Source: Planctomycetota bacterium
GTDB taxonomy: Bacteria; Planctomycetota; Brocadiia; JAADGH01
Direction: 5' to 3'
DNA length: 64,000 bases
Assembly (NCBI GenBank): GCA_040755855.1
Contig: JBFMAD010000006.1
Coordinates: 96,001 to 160,000 of the forward strand
The notes under the pieces were generated by a model. It saw only the letters and a program-made list of their open reading frames with translations, was not told the origin of the DNA and ran no database searches. Numbering within the stretch: position 1 is the stretch's first letter; the number at the start of each line of letters is the position of its first letter. The position numbers and the translations under genes are program-made. Of the stretch, positions 27,566-35,535 are shown piece by piece.

Positions 27566-30500
27566 CTAACTCTTTTCCCGATAATCACAGCGCAGACAGC
27601 GCTTGGCCTCGCGCAAGGCCACGGCCTCGCTGAACGGAAGTTCCACCTCATCGAAATTGTGTCTTCGCTTGCCGACGGGGATCAGCCGCATCTTGCTTCG
27701 CGGATATTCCGCCGGATCGGCCTCAGAGTCGAAGGCGGCATCCACCAACTTCTCCTCACGCCAGAAGGCATGGTTGGTCCCCGTGATGTACTGGTCTATC
27801 GTTATAGCAGCGGTCTCGCCTCCCTTCACTGCAATGGCCACGGAAGACGGGCCGAGAGCGGCATCGCCTCCCGCAAACAGCCATTCCACCGAGGTCTGAC
27901 CGGTAATGGGATTGACTCGGATGAAATTGCGGCTGGTCAACTTGAGATCAATGCCGTCGAGGATCCCCTTCGGGTCAATGGCCTGACCGATGGCGGCGAT
28001 AACATGGTCGGTCTCAATGACAAAAGCCTTTTCGGCGTTGGGCTCGGGCCGGCGCCGCCCGCTGCTGTCGAATGGACCGAGCGTCATTCGCTGGCACTTG
28101 ATGCCGGCAACCCGACCGTTCTTCGCCAGAATCTCCACGGGGGCGACAAGCGTCTGGAGGACCACTCCCTCGTGCTCGGCTTCCTCGATCTCCTCTGCGT
28201 AGGCTGGCATTTCGTCGCGCGTGCGCCGATATAAAATCGTGACGGACTTCGCGCCCAGTCGAACGGCCGTTCGCGCCGCGTCCACGGCCGCATTTCCGCC
28301 GCCGATCACAACGACCTTTTCTCCTACGGGCACGGAACCGCGGAGGTTATAATCGCGCAGGAAGCAAATGGCTTCGGCCACCCCCTCGGCATCTTCACCA
28401 GGCACGCCCATGCGGGATCCAAGCGGCGCGCCGAGGCCCAGGAACACGGCCCGATACCCTTGGGCGCGCAGCTCGGGCAGCGTAAAGTCCTGCCCGAGTC
28501 GGGTGTTGGTCTCGATGTCCACGCCCATTCTCTCAATCATGCGAACTTCGCGGGCTACGATTTCACGCGGCAGTCTGTATGCGGGGATCGCCTGGACCAG
28601 CATCCCGCCGGGCCTCGGTTCGGCCTCAAAGACCTTCGGGCGATAGCCCAAGCGGGCGAGGAAATATCCGCATGACAGCCCAGCGGGTCCGGCGCCGATG
28701 ATTGCGATCTTCTGTTTGGCGTTTTCCTCGCTGTCGCGGATTTCCGGGAGCTGGATCGTAACCTCCTGGTCCACCATGAATCGCTTCAGGCCGCGGATGG
28801 ACAACGACTCGTCCAGGTTGCTTCTGCGGCATTTGTCTTCACACGTATGGAAACATACGCGGGCGCACACCGCCGCGAAAGGATTCCGCTCCCGATGCAG
28901 CCGCAACGCCTCGGCATACCGTTTCTCGCCGATGAGCGAGACATACCCCGGCACGTCCACCCCGGCGGGACAGGCGTTTTGGCATGGGGCGCGCACGAGA
29001 GCCGGGCATACGCCGGCCCGGCATTTCTTTTCTCGAATGTGCGCATCATACTCGTCGCGGAAGTATCGAATCGTCGAAAGGACGGGATTCGGCGCCGTCT
29101 GGCCGAGCCCGCAGAGCGCGGTATCCTTGACTTTCTTGCCGAGGTCAACCAGTTTTTCCACATCCCCTTCTTCGCCTTGTCCCTCGCAGATGCGGGTGAC
29201 GATCTCCAACATCCGTTTCGTGCCGATACGGCACGGAGAGCACTTCCCGCAGGACTCGTCCTGGGTGAACTCGAGGAAAAAGCGGGCCATGTCAACCATG
29301 CAGGTATCCTCATCCATGACGATCAATCCGCCGGATCCCATAATGGCGCCGAGCTCGGTGACGGATTCATAGTCAATGGGCACATTCAGGTTTTCCTTGC
29401 AGATACAGCCGCCGGACGGCCCCCCAAGCTGCGCGGCCTTAAACTTCTTGCCGTTGGGAATGCCGCCACCGATGTCGTAAACAATATCTCCGAGTGTGAT
29501 GCCCATGTTGACTTCGACGAGGCCGATGTTGTTCACGTCACCGGTCAGAGCGAATATCTTGGTGCCTGTGCTCCCTTTCGTTCCGACGGATCGGAACCAG
29601 TCTGCGCCGTGATGGATGATGAGCGGCACGTTGGCGAGGGTCTCGACGTTGTTGAGCACGGAGGGTTTTTCCCACAGTCCCTTCTGCGCGGGGAAGGGGG
29701 GCCTGGGGCGCGGCTCGCCGCGATGGCCCTCGATGGATCGCATGAGGGCGGTTTCCTCGCCGCAGACGAACGCTCCGGAGCCCTGGCAGATGAAAATGTC
29801 AAAACAGAAATCCGTGTCGAGGATATTTTTCCCGAGGAGTCCCATTTCGCGGCACTGTCCAATGGCGCACTCGAGCCGCTCCAGGGCAAGAGGGTACTCT
29901 GCACGGCAATAGATGTATCCGGTGTCGGCGCCGATCGCCCTGGCGGCGATCATCATGCCTTCGAGGACGGCATGAGGGTCGCTTTCCAGGACGCTGCGGT
30001 CCATGAAGGCGCCTGGGTCGCCCTCATCCGCGTTGCAGATGATGTACTTTTGGTCTCCTTTCGCCTTTCGGCAAAATTCCCATTTGATCCCCGTGGGAAA
30101 ACCAGCTCCGCCGCGTCCTCTGAGGCCCGACTTCTTGACCTCGTCAATGATTTGCTCGGGCTTCATCTCGGTAAGAGCCCGGGCCAGAGCGGCATAGCCA
30201 TCCTGTGCGATATACTCCTCGATTTTCTCGGCTGCGATTCGTCCCTTGTTGCGCAAGACCCTCAGATTCTGGCGCGAGAAGAATGGGATGTCTTTGAAGA
30301 ACGGGACCGGCTTTTGAGTCACCGGATGACGGAACATCAGTCTCTCCACAGGGCGGCCCTTGAGGACGTGTTCATCAACGATCTCTACGGCATCCTCCGC
30401 CGCGAGCCGCTGGTAGAAGTACCCGCCCGGATAGACCACCATGATCGGCCCACCGGCGCAGAATCCATTGCAGCCGGTCTTGACGATGGATACCTCGTCG

Positions 30501-30613
30501 GCCAAGTTGCGCTTGGCCAATTCCTTGTCCAGGGCGTCCTTTACATGGGCCACCCCGGAGGAAATGCAGCTCGTTCCAAAGCACATCAGCATGTGCATGC
30601 GCGGTGTTTTCAT
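27566..30613 (-). CDS. hydB: NuoF-like diaphorase subunit HydB fused to a GltD/NfnB-like FAD/NAD(P)H oxidoreductase
   Basis: N-terminal Trx-like 2Fe-2S, GRGGAGFP, NADEGDPGAFMDR, CGKCSPC; then CQNACP, CARVC...CEDKCRR, GAGPAG, GGGNAAVD, YRR, RCLRC. Confidence 0.9.
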   Translation of the reverse strand: MKTPRMHMLMCFGTSCISSGVAHVKDALDKELAKRNLADEVSIVKTGCNGFCAGGPIMVVYPGGYFYQRLAAEDAVEIVDEHVLKGRPVERLMFRHPVTQKPVPFFKDIPFFSRQNLRVLRNKGRIAAEKIEEYIAQDGYAALARALTEMKPEQIIDEVKKSGLRGRGGAGFPTGIKWEFCRKAKGDQKYIICNADEGDPGAFMDRSVLESDPHAVLEGMMIAARAIGADTGYIYCRAEYPLALERLECAIGQCREMGLLGKNILDTDFCFDIFICQGSGAFVCGEETALMRSIEGHRGEPRPRPPFPAQKGLWEKPSVLNNVETLANVPLIIHHGADWFRSVGTKGSTGTKIFALTGDVNNIGLVEVNMGITLGDIVYDIGGGIPNGKKFKAAQLGGPSGGCICKENLNVPIDYESVTELGAIMGSGGLIVMDEDTCMVDMARFFLEFTQDESCGKCSPCRIGTKRMLEIVTRICEGQGEEGDVEKLVDLGKKVKDTALCGLGQTAPNPVLSTIRYFRDEYDAHIREKKCRAGVCPALVRAPCQNACPAGVDVPGYVSLIGEKRYAEALRLHRERNPFAAVCARVCFHTCEDKCRRSNLDESLSIRGLKRFMVDQEVTIQLPEIRDSEENAKQKIAIIGAGPAGLSCGYFLARLGYRPKVFEAEPRPGGMLVQAIPAYRLPREIVAREVRMIERMGVDIETNTRLGQDFTLPELRAQGYRAVFLGLGAPLGSRMGVPGEDAEGVAEAICFLRDYNLRGSVPVGEKVVVIGGGNAAVDAARTAVRLGAKSVTILYRRTRDEMPAYAEEIEEAEHEGVVLQTLVAPVEILAKNGRVAGIKCQRMTLGPFDSSGRRRPEPNAEKAFVIETDHVIAAIGQAIDPKGILDGIDLKLTSRNFIRVNPITGQTSVEWLFAGGDAALGPSSVAIAVKGGETAAITIDQYITGTNHAFWREEKLVDAAFDSEADPAEYPRSKMRLIPVGKRRHNFDEVELPFSEAVALREAKRCLRCDYREKS

Positions 30614-30632
30614 CGGTTGATTCGCCTCCCGG

Positions 30633-31031
30633 TTAGGACTGGGTGCCTAAGGTAACGACAAACTGCGGCACAATCCGGCCGCCCAAGACATGCTCACGAA
30701 AGACATCGCCAGCGGCGACGGGGTTGAGGTCGCCGTAGAGAACCGGCTTTGCGCCGAGAACCTCGACCGTCATGACGGGCTCATGAGAGCAAGCTCCGAT
30801 ACAACCGGAGGTCGTGATGCGGACGTCATGTCGGCCACAGGCGGCGAGTTCGTCCATCAGCGCGGTGAGGATTTCACGGGCGCCGCTGGCAATCCCGCAG
30901 GTTCCCATATGTATCGTCACACAAGCCTTGTAACCATCCTCACGCAGCGCATTTTCATCTTTGACTTTTTGCTTGATGGCTTGGAGGTCTCCCAAGCTCC
31001 GAATCTTCTTCTCTGGCTTTGCGCTTTTCAT
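30633..31031 (-). CDS. Thioredoxin-like [2Fe-2S] ferredoxin subunit (HydD/HndB-like)
   Basis: MGTCGIASGA...SGCIGACSHEP; RBS AGGAGG. Confidence 0.85.
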   Translation of the reverse strand: MKSAKPEKKIRSLGDLQAIKQKVKDENALREDGYKACVTIHMGTCGIASGAREILTALMDELAACGRHDVRITTSGCIGACSHEPVMTVEVLGAKPVLYGDLNPVAAGDVFREHVLGGRIVPQFVVTLGTQS

Positions 31032-31056
31032 ATGCTCCTCCTTCCAACGGGATTCC

Positions 31057-31569
31057 CTATTGAGGCTCAGAGTAGGCGCTGAGAATATCACCGACGCGAA
31101 CCGGACGAACCCGCTTATAGACTTGGCCGTCTATCGTAATGGTCGGCGCGAGACCACAAGCGCCGAAACAGCGCGCCACTTCGAGGGTGAAATTCCGATC
31201 ATCCGTAGTCTCGCCCACATCTATCTTCAGTTTCTGCTTGATGGCCTCTAACACTCGCTTTCCGCCGCGCACATAGCAGGCGGTCCCCAGACAAACGCGA
31301 ACGAGGTGCCGTCCGCGTGGGTGGGTAGAGAAGAAGGAATAGAAGCTCACCACGCCCGCCACCTCGCTATACGGTTTGTTCATGGCAAGGCTGATTCGTT
31401 TCAATGCGACCTCGGGCAGGTATCCGAATATTCCTTGGGCCATCTGAAGGACGGGAATCAGCGCCCCGGGCCTATCGCGGTATTCTTCCAGAACCTCGTC
31501 AAGCCGTCTCAACAACTCTTCTTCTGAGACCTCATGCCCACACGCGCACGTCGCTTTCTCCTCGGTCAT
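31057..31569 (-). CDS. hydC: NuoE-like [2Fe-2S] subunit HydC (in frame with the upstream kinase)
   Basis: LIPVLQ, VVSFYSFF, CLGTACYVRG, CFGACGLAP; internal RBS AAGGAG 6 nt before ATG 31569. Confidence 0.85.
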   Translation of the reverse strand: MTEEKATCACGHEVSEEELLRRLDEVLEEYRDRPGALIPVLQMAQGIFGYLPEVALKRISLAMNKPYSEVAGVVSFYSFFSTHPRGRHLVRVCLGTACYVRGGKRVLEAIKQKLKIDVGETTDDRNFTLEVARCFGACGLAPTITIDGQVYKRVRPVRVGDILSAYSEPQ

Positions 31570-32148
31570 ATCCATCTCCTTTTTCCGACAGATTTCGAGA
31601 TCGTATGTCGTTAGCTCCAGAGCACCCAGCCCACGTTTGATCCGGTTGTGGACCTCGCGGGCAAGCGAAAGCCCGCAATTCTTGCCGCCAAAAGAGCCCT
31701 TTGCCAAGTCGGCCACATTGACCTCACATTTCTTCCCCTCAATCCTGCACCGAAACCGCAGATCAAGCTCGGGATTGGTGCAGACCACAGACGAAATCGT
31801 ACCCGCAAGGTCGCCCATCGGGCTCCGGTCTATATGGCTGAGCTGCATGACCGTTTGCACCAATGCCCCGCCAAGGGCCGACTTGCCGATGATCAATTTT
31901 CCGCCCGCCCGCTCGGCGGCTCCTTGCAGGAGGCTCAAGCCGAGGCCGGTCCGTTTTCCGCTCTTGGTCGTGTAGAATGGGTCCGTAGCCACATCCGGCG
32001 GCACATCTATCCCCCGGCCATTGTCTTCCACCACAATCCTCAGCTCGTCTTTGCCGACGTCTTCCTCCACCGTAACCGCAACGATGGATGCATCCGCACG
32101 GATCGAGTTTTCGATCAAGTCCAGGATGTGAAGCGACAGATCACGCAT
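31057..32148 (-). CDS. HATPase_c (GHKL) kinase reading through without a stop into HydC (possible fusion)
   Basis: MRDLSLHILDLIENSIRA, DNGRG, DPFYTT, GLGL, HIDRSPMGD; no stop codon before the NuoE domain. Confidence 0.7.
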   Translation of the reverse strand: MRDLSLHILDLIENSIRADASIVAVTVEEDVGKDELRIVVEDNGRGIDVPPDVATDPFYTTKSGKRTGLGLSLLQGAAERAGGKLIIGKSALGGALVQTVMQLSHIDRSPMGDLAGTISSVVCTNPELDLRFRCRIEGKKCEVNVADLAKGSFGGKNCGLSLAREVHNRIKRGLGALELTTYDLEICRKKEMDMTEEKATCACGHEVSEEELLRRLDEVLEEYRDRPGALIPVLQMAQGIFGYLPEVALKRISLAMNKPYSEVAGVVSFYSFFSTHPRGRHLVRVCLGTACYVRGGKRVLEAIKQKLKIDVGETTDDRNFTLEVARCFGACGLAPTITIDGQVYKRVRPVRVGDILSAYSEPQ

Positions 32149-32875
32149 GCACACCCCCCCTTCCCTTTTGCCTCTGAAGCGCGAGAACAATCTCGTCGAA
32201 CGTCGGCGCGAGCATGTGGAACTTCGTAAAGCCGTTCCCTACATCCGACAGGAAATGGGCGTCCGACGAGACCAGCATAGGCAAACCAAGGCCCTCGTAC
32301 TCCTTTTGTCTGCCCGCCACTGCCCCATTCGCCGAGATCTCAATCCCATCGAACTGGACGTCATCGGGGAAGAAACCCAACTGGCTCGTCACGCTGAACG
32401 ACGGCCGGTCCACGTGCGCCGCAACGGCTAACCCCCCATGCCGCTTGACCAGAGCCACTGTTTTACCCAGATCGAGTCCCGATGACGCAGATAGCATTTT
32501 AGGCTCCACACCTACAACGTCGCCCGTTGCGCTCATTCGAAGTTGCTCGCCAAGCACGCGAGCGGCCCCTGCAACGTCGGGAAGCGTCTCCTTCACTTCA
32601 CAACCCGCAGCGCAGGCGGAGGCCGCGTCCGGAAAGAGGCCGAGCACGTGGATGTCCTCTTCCGTCGTGATCTCAATTCCCGCGAGCACGGCCAGATTGT
32701 CCCCGGCAGCCTCCTGCGCGGGGGCGACGTTTTCCGCTGCGTTGTGATCGCAAATCGCGATCATATCCAGTCCTCTGCGTATCGCCGCCTCAACAATCGC
32801 AGGCGGCGTCATTTCCGCGCTCGAGCACGGCGACAAAGCGGTGTGTATGTGCAGGTCCGCCTTGAACCGTCTCAC
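32141..32875 (-). CDS. PHP domain phosphoesterase
   Basis: DLHIHT, CDHN, GIE, AHVDR, SSDAH. Confidence 0.9.
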   Translation of the reverse strand: MRRFKADLHIHTALSPCSSAEMTPPAIVEAAIRRGLDMIAICDHNAAENVAPAQEAAGDNLAVLAGIEITTEEDIHVLGLFPDAASACAAGCEVKETLPDVAGAARVLGEQLRMSATGDVVGVEPKMLSASSGLDLGKTVALVKRHGGLAVAAHVDRPSFSVTSQLGFFPDDVQFDGIEISANGAVAGRQKEYEGLGLPMLVSSDAHFLSDVGNGFTKFHMLAPTFDEIVLALQRQKGRGGVHA

Positions 32876-33219
32876 CCATGACTTCCTCTCAAGCCCAAAC
32901 TATACAATTTGCCCACAATCTCAAATGTGGGGTCCTTCGACAGATAAAGCTTGATCCCCTCCTTCTCAGCTCTTTCCCGCACGGAGACCTCCGGCGTCCT
33001 CTCAGAGGCGAAGACCACCGCCGCGAGGCCGGCGTGCAGCGCCACGGCCACGACGTTCATATGGACCTGGATCGTGACCAGAACGCCGCCGCTCGGGGCA
33101 TTGGCCAGAACGTCGCTCAATAGGTCCGACGCGTGGCCGGCCGTAACCTCCGCATCCGTTTGGAGGGCGGGCGTCAGGTCTTCCAGATCGAGTTGCTCGG
33201 CAATTTGGCTCAGTTTCAC
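32872..33219 (-). CDS. DRTGG domain protein
   Basis: GHASDLLSDVL, LVTIQ...NVVAVA; typical of hydrogenase-associated DRTGG proteins. Confidence 0.8.
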   Translation of the reverse strand: MKLSQIAEQLDLEDLTPALQTDAEVTAGHASDLLSDVLANAPSGGVLVTIQVHMNVVAVALHAGLAAVVFASERTPEVSVRERAEKEGIKLYLSKDPTFEIVGKLYSLGLRGSHG

Positions 33220-34787
33220 TGCGAATCCTCTTTCTCTGCGGCCGTTTTAGTCAGGTGACAACACGCCGACTTCTCCGCCCGACCCAGAACCACATCTTCG
33301 GCGAAGGCGGCGCAGGTGGGCGCGCCGCACATCGCGCAGTCGCGTCCGGGCAGGGATTTCGTCAGCTTCTCAATCCTGGACAGCTTGGCAATGGCCTGCG
33401 CCATGTCCGGATCGAGTCGCACGCCGGGCCGGGCGGCATAGGGTGCGCTGCGTTTGACAACGGCGGCGGTCACATCGGCCATCGCCCGAGATGTCTCCCA
33501 TCTGTGCCGCCCGACAAACGGGTCCTCGCTCAAGAGCGGCGAGCCGAAACACCCCTGTTCGCACGCCGCAGTCTCGATGACTCTCATGTCCTGGAGAAGA
33601 CCGTTCTCCATATCCTCGAGGACGTTGATCACGTGACGAATCCCGCTCACCCGAAGCAAGCCCGGCGACTCCGGCCCCTCTTTCGTTTCCCTCACTGGTT
33701 TCGGCGCCTCACGCCGCAGCGCAACGACCTGCGGCAGAATCACGTGGCGGAGCGTGGCAGGCGCGATGGCCATTACCCCTGAATCGCGCTCCAGAACACT
33801 GCGCTGTCCCGGACAGGCAATCACAAAAATAGCCGACCGGCCGGCCAGACCGTGCCGTATCGCCTCCAGAGGTGAACAAAACGGCGCCAAGTGTGCGATG
33901 AGAGAAGGAAAGCGGCTTTCAACAAGGTTGACCACGGCCGGGCACGCTGGGGAGATGACAGGGCGAGGGACGGTCCCCTCCTCCGAGCACTTGATCACGG
34001 CCTCCCGCAAGGCGACCTCCCAAGCATCGGCGACGATTACTTCCTCGAACCCGATATCCCCCAACACCCGGACGATCTGCTCCCCCCCTACTCCTGCGCC
34101 GAACTGCGACAGGAAGGCGGCTGGCAGGACAAGAGCCATGCCCTTCCGGTGTTCGGGAAGCGCCGGCGTGAGTCCCTTCACACCCAGCGCACCTGTCGAA
34201 CAAGCCCCTATGCAGGCGGCGCAATCAATGCATAGATGATCGAGAATCGTCAGCTTTCCCCGAACGAGGCGAAGCGCCTCGGTGGGGCAGGCGGAGATGC
34301 AGCGCAGGCACTGGCGGCACTTCTGCGCATCCGCCGCAACAGAGTTGTGCGCCGCCGCATCCATGCGTTGGGGGCTCAGGAGTATGGTGAATTCGACCCG
34401 CGTCCCTTGCCCGACAACAGAATTGATGGAGAACCTGTCGGAGTTCTTCTTGATATTGGGCAGTCCCATCCCCGCGCCAAAGCCCAGTTCCCGGGCGACC
34501 GAAGGCGCTGTGGAGTATCCCTCCGTCATGGCCAGAGCGATGTCGGGAATGCCCGGCCCTTCGTCGGTCACCTCAACTTTCAGCTTTTCGGTATCCATGG
34601 AAAACGTCATATCTCCGTTGTCCGCATGGATCACAACGTTCATCTCGGCTTCATAGGCTGCGATCATGGCGCGGCGCACGGCCTCGGGCGCTGCACCAAC
34701 CCGCTTGAGATGTACCTTGAGCGCGCTGGACGCCGCCCCGGCTTGTTCGTAGTCCCCGCCGCGGATTGTGAAACGGTTCGATATCAT
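33216..34787 (-). CDS. RsbT/anti-sigma-type Ser/Thr kinase fused to ferredoxin and a degenerate [FeFe]-hydrogenase-like domain
   Basis: YEAEMNVVIHA, DEGPGI, GFGAGMGLPN; 2x4Fe-4S; ISPACP, ACPGQ, ACEQGCFG; C-terminal LPGRDCAMCGAPTC. Confidence 0.8.
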   Translation of the reverse strand: MISNRFTIRGGDYEQAGAASSALKVHLKRVGAAPEAVRRAMIAAYEAEMNVVIHADNGDMTFSMDTEKLKVEVTDEGPGIPDIALAMTEGYSTAPSVARELGFGAGMGLPNIKKNSDRFSINSVVGQGTRVEFTILLSPQRMDAAAHNSVAADAQKCRQCLRCISACPTEALRLVRGKLTILDHLCIDCAACIGACSTGALGVKGLTPALPEHRKGMALVLPAAFLSQFGAGVGGEQIVRVLGDIGFEEVIVADAWEVALREAVIKCSEEGTVPRPVISPACPAVVNLVESRFPSLIAHLAPFCSPLEAIRHGLAGRSAIFVIACPGQRSVLERDSGVMAIAPATLRHVILPQVVALRREAPKPVRETKEGPESPGLLRVSGIRHVINVLEDMENGLLQDMRVIETAACEQGCFGSPLLSEDPFVGRHRWETSRAMADVTAAVVKRSAPYAARPGVRLDPDMAQAIAKLSRIEKLTKSLPGRDCAMCGAPTCAAFAEDVVLGRAEKSACCHLTKTAAEKEDSQ

Positions 34788-35137
34788 TTGCCCGGCTCGT
34801 TCCCGCCTTTCAGGCAGGCATACAACCGTCCGCACGTCTCGAACATGCCGACCGGGGATAGGAGCAGGATGGTTCCCCTCGCTCCCGCTTGATCGGCGGT
34901 TTCGGGTTCGACTGATGCACCGTCAACCAAGCAAATGGCCTGGACGTCCATCAACTCGGCCAACCGAAGGAGTTGAGGTCCCACCAGGCCCGTAACGAGC
35001 AGCGTCCGGCTGGATGCGTGGGTGAGCAGGTCGCTCATGCGGTCGCCGGCATAAACCGAGTCAATCTCGGCGTCCCCTATGGCGGATTCCGTGAGAGGCT
35101 TGGCGCCAATGCTGCTTGCGAGGATGTTCAATTTCAT
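34784..35137 (-). CDS. DRTGG domain protein (first gene of the hydrogenase operon)
   Basis: YAGDRMSDLL, LLVTGL, MFETCGRLY. Confidence 0.8.
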   Translation of the reverse strand: MKLNILASSIGAKPLTESAIGDAEIDSVYAGDRMSDLLTHASSRTLLVTGLVGPQLLRLAELMDVQAICLVDGASVEPETADQAGARGTILLLSPVGMFETCGRLYACLKGGNEPGK

Positions 35138-35185
35138 AGAATTCTCATCCGCTAAGGCGGAATTTCCGCGATACACTGCATGACT

Positions 35186-35203
35186 TTGTGAAGCAATTCA
35201 CGT
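35186..35203. promoter_or_regulatory. Rex-type operator upstream of the hydrogenase operon
   Basis: TTGTGAA-GCAA-TTCACGT matches 12 of 14 fixed positions of TTGTGAA-N4-TTCACAA; 49 nt upstream of the first ATG. Confidence 0.6.
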
Positions 35204-35535
35204 ACCTGTCCACAGTAGAAAAGCGAAATTGGGGTAAGTCTCAGTTGAAGCGCGGGTTATGACGATAGATGCCAACTGCGCAACAAAATGAACTTCGTGC
35301 GGTTTTTCACATACTTGCCAAGCCGATCAGCCCGCCGGGGCCATCAACCGCATCGCAACAGGCATTTGGGATGGATGCGAACAGACCGCACATGGGAGAT
35401 TTGTGCACACTCGCTGTTCGCAGTATCCTGCTCACGGCCTGGGTTATTGTGGGTGGCTGCCGAGGATCAAGGCCCCAAACCGACAGGTTGGCGCTGGGCC
35501 TCTGCGGTGTGGAGTCCGAAGTCTGGCGGCTTACA

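Noticed and set aside
28847..30655. Long antisense ORFs (602 aa here; also 21246-22961, 14477-15976, 50651-52198 and others)
   Set aside because: They mirror well-supported genes on the opposite strand, as expected from high-GC codon bias, and have no motifs of their own
35260..35330. sigma54 promoter for the hydrogenase operon (TGGCA motifs on the minus strand)
   Set aside because: Neither TGGCA has the GC at the -12 position
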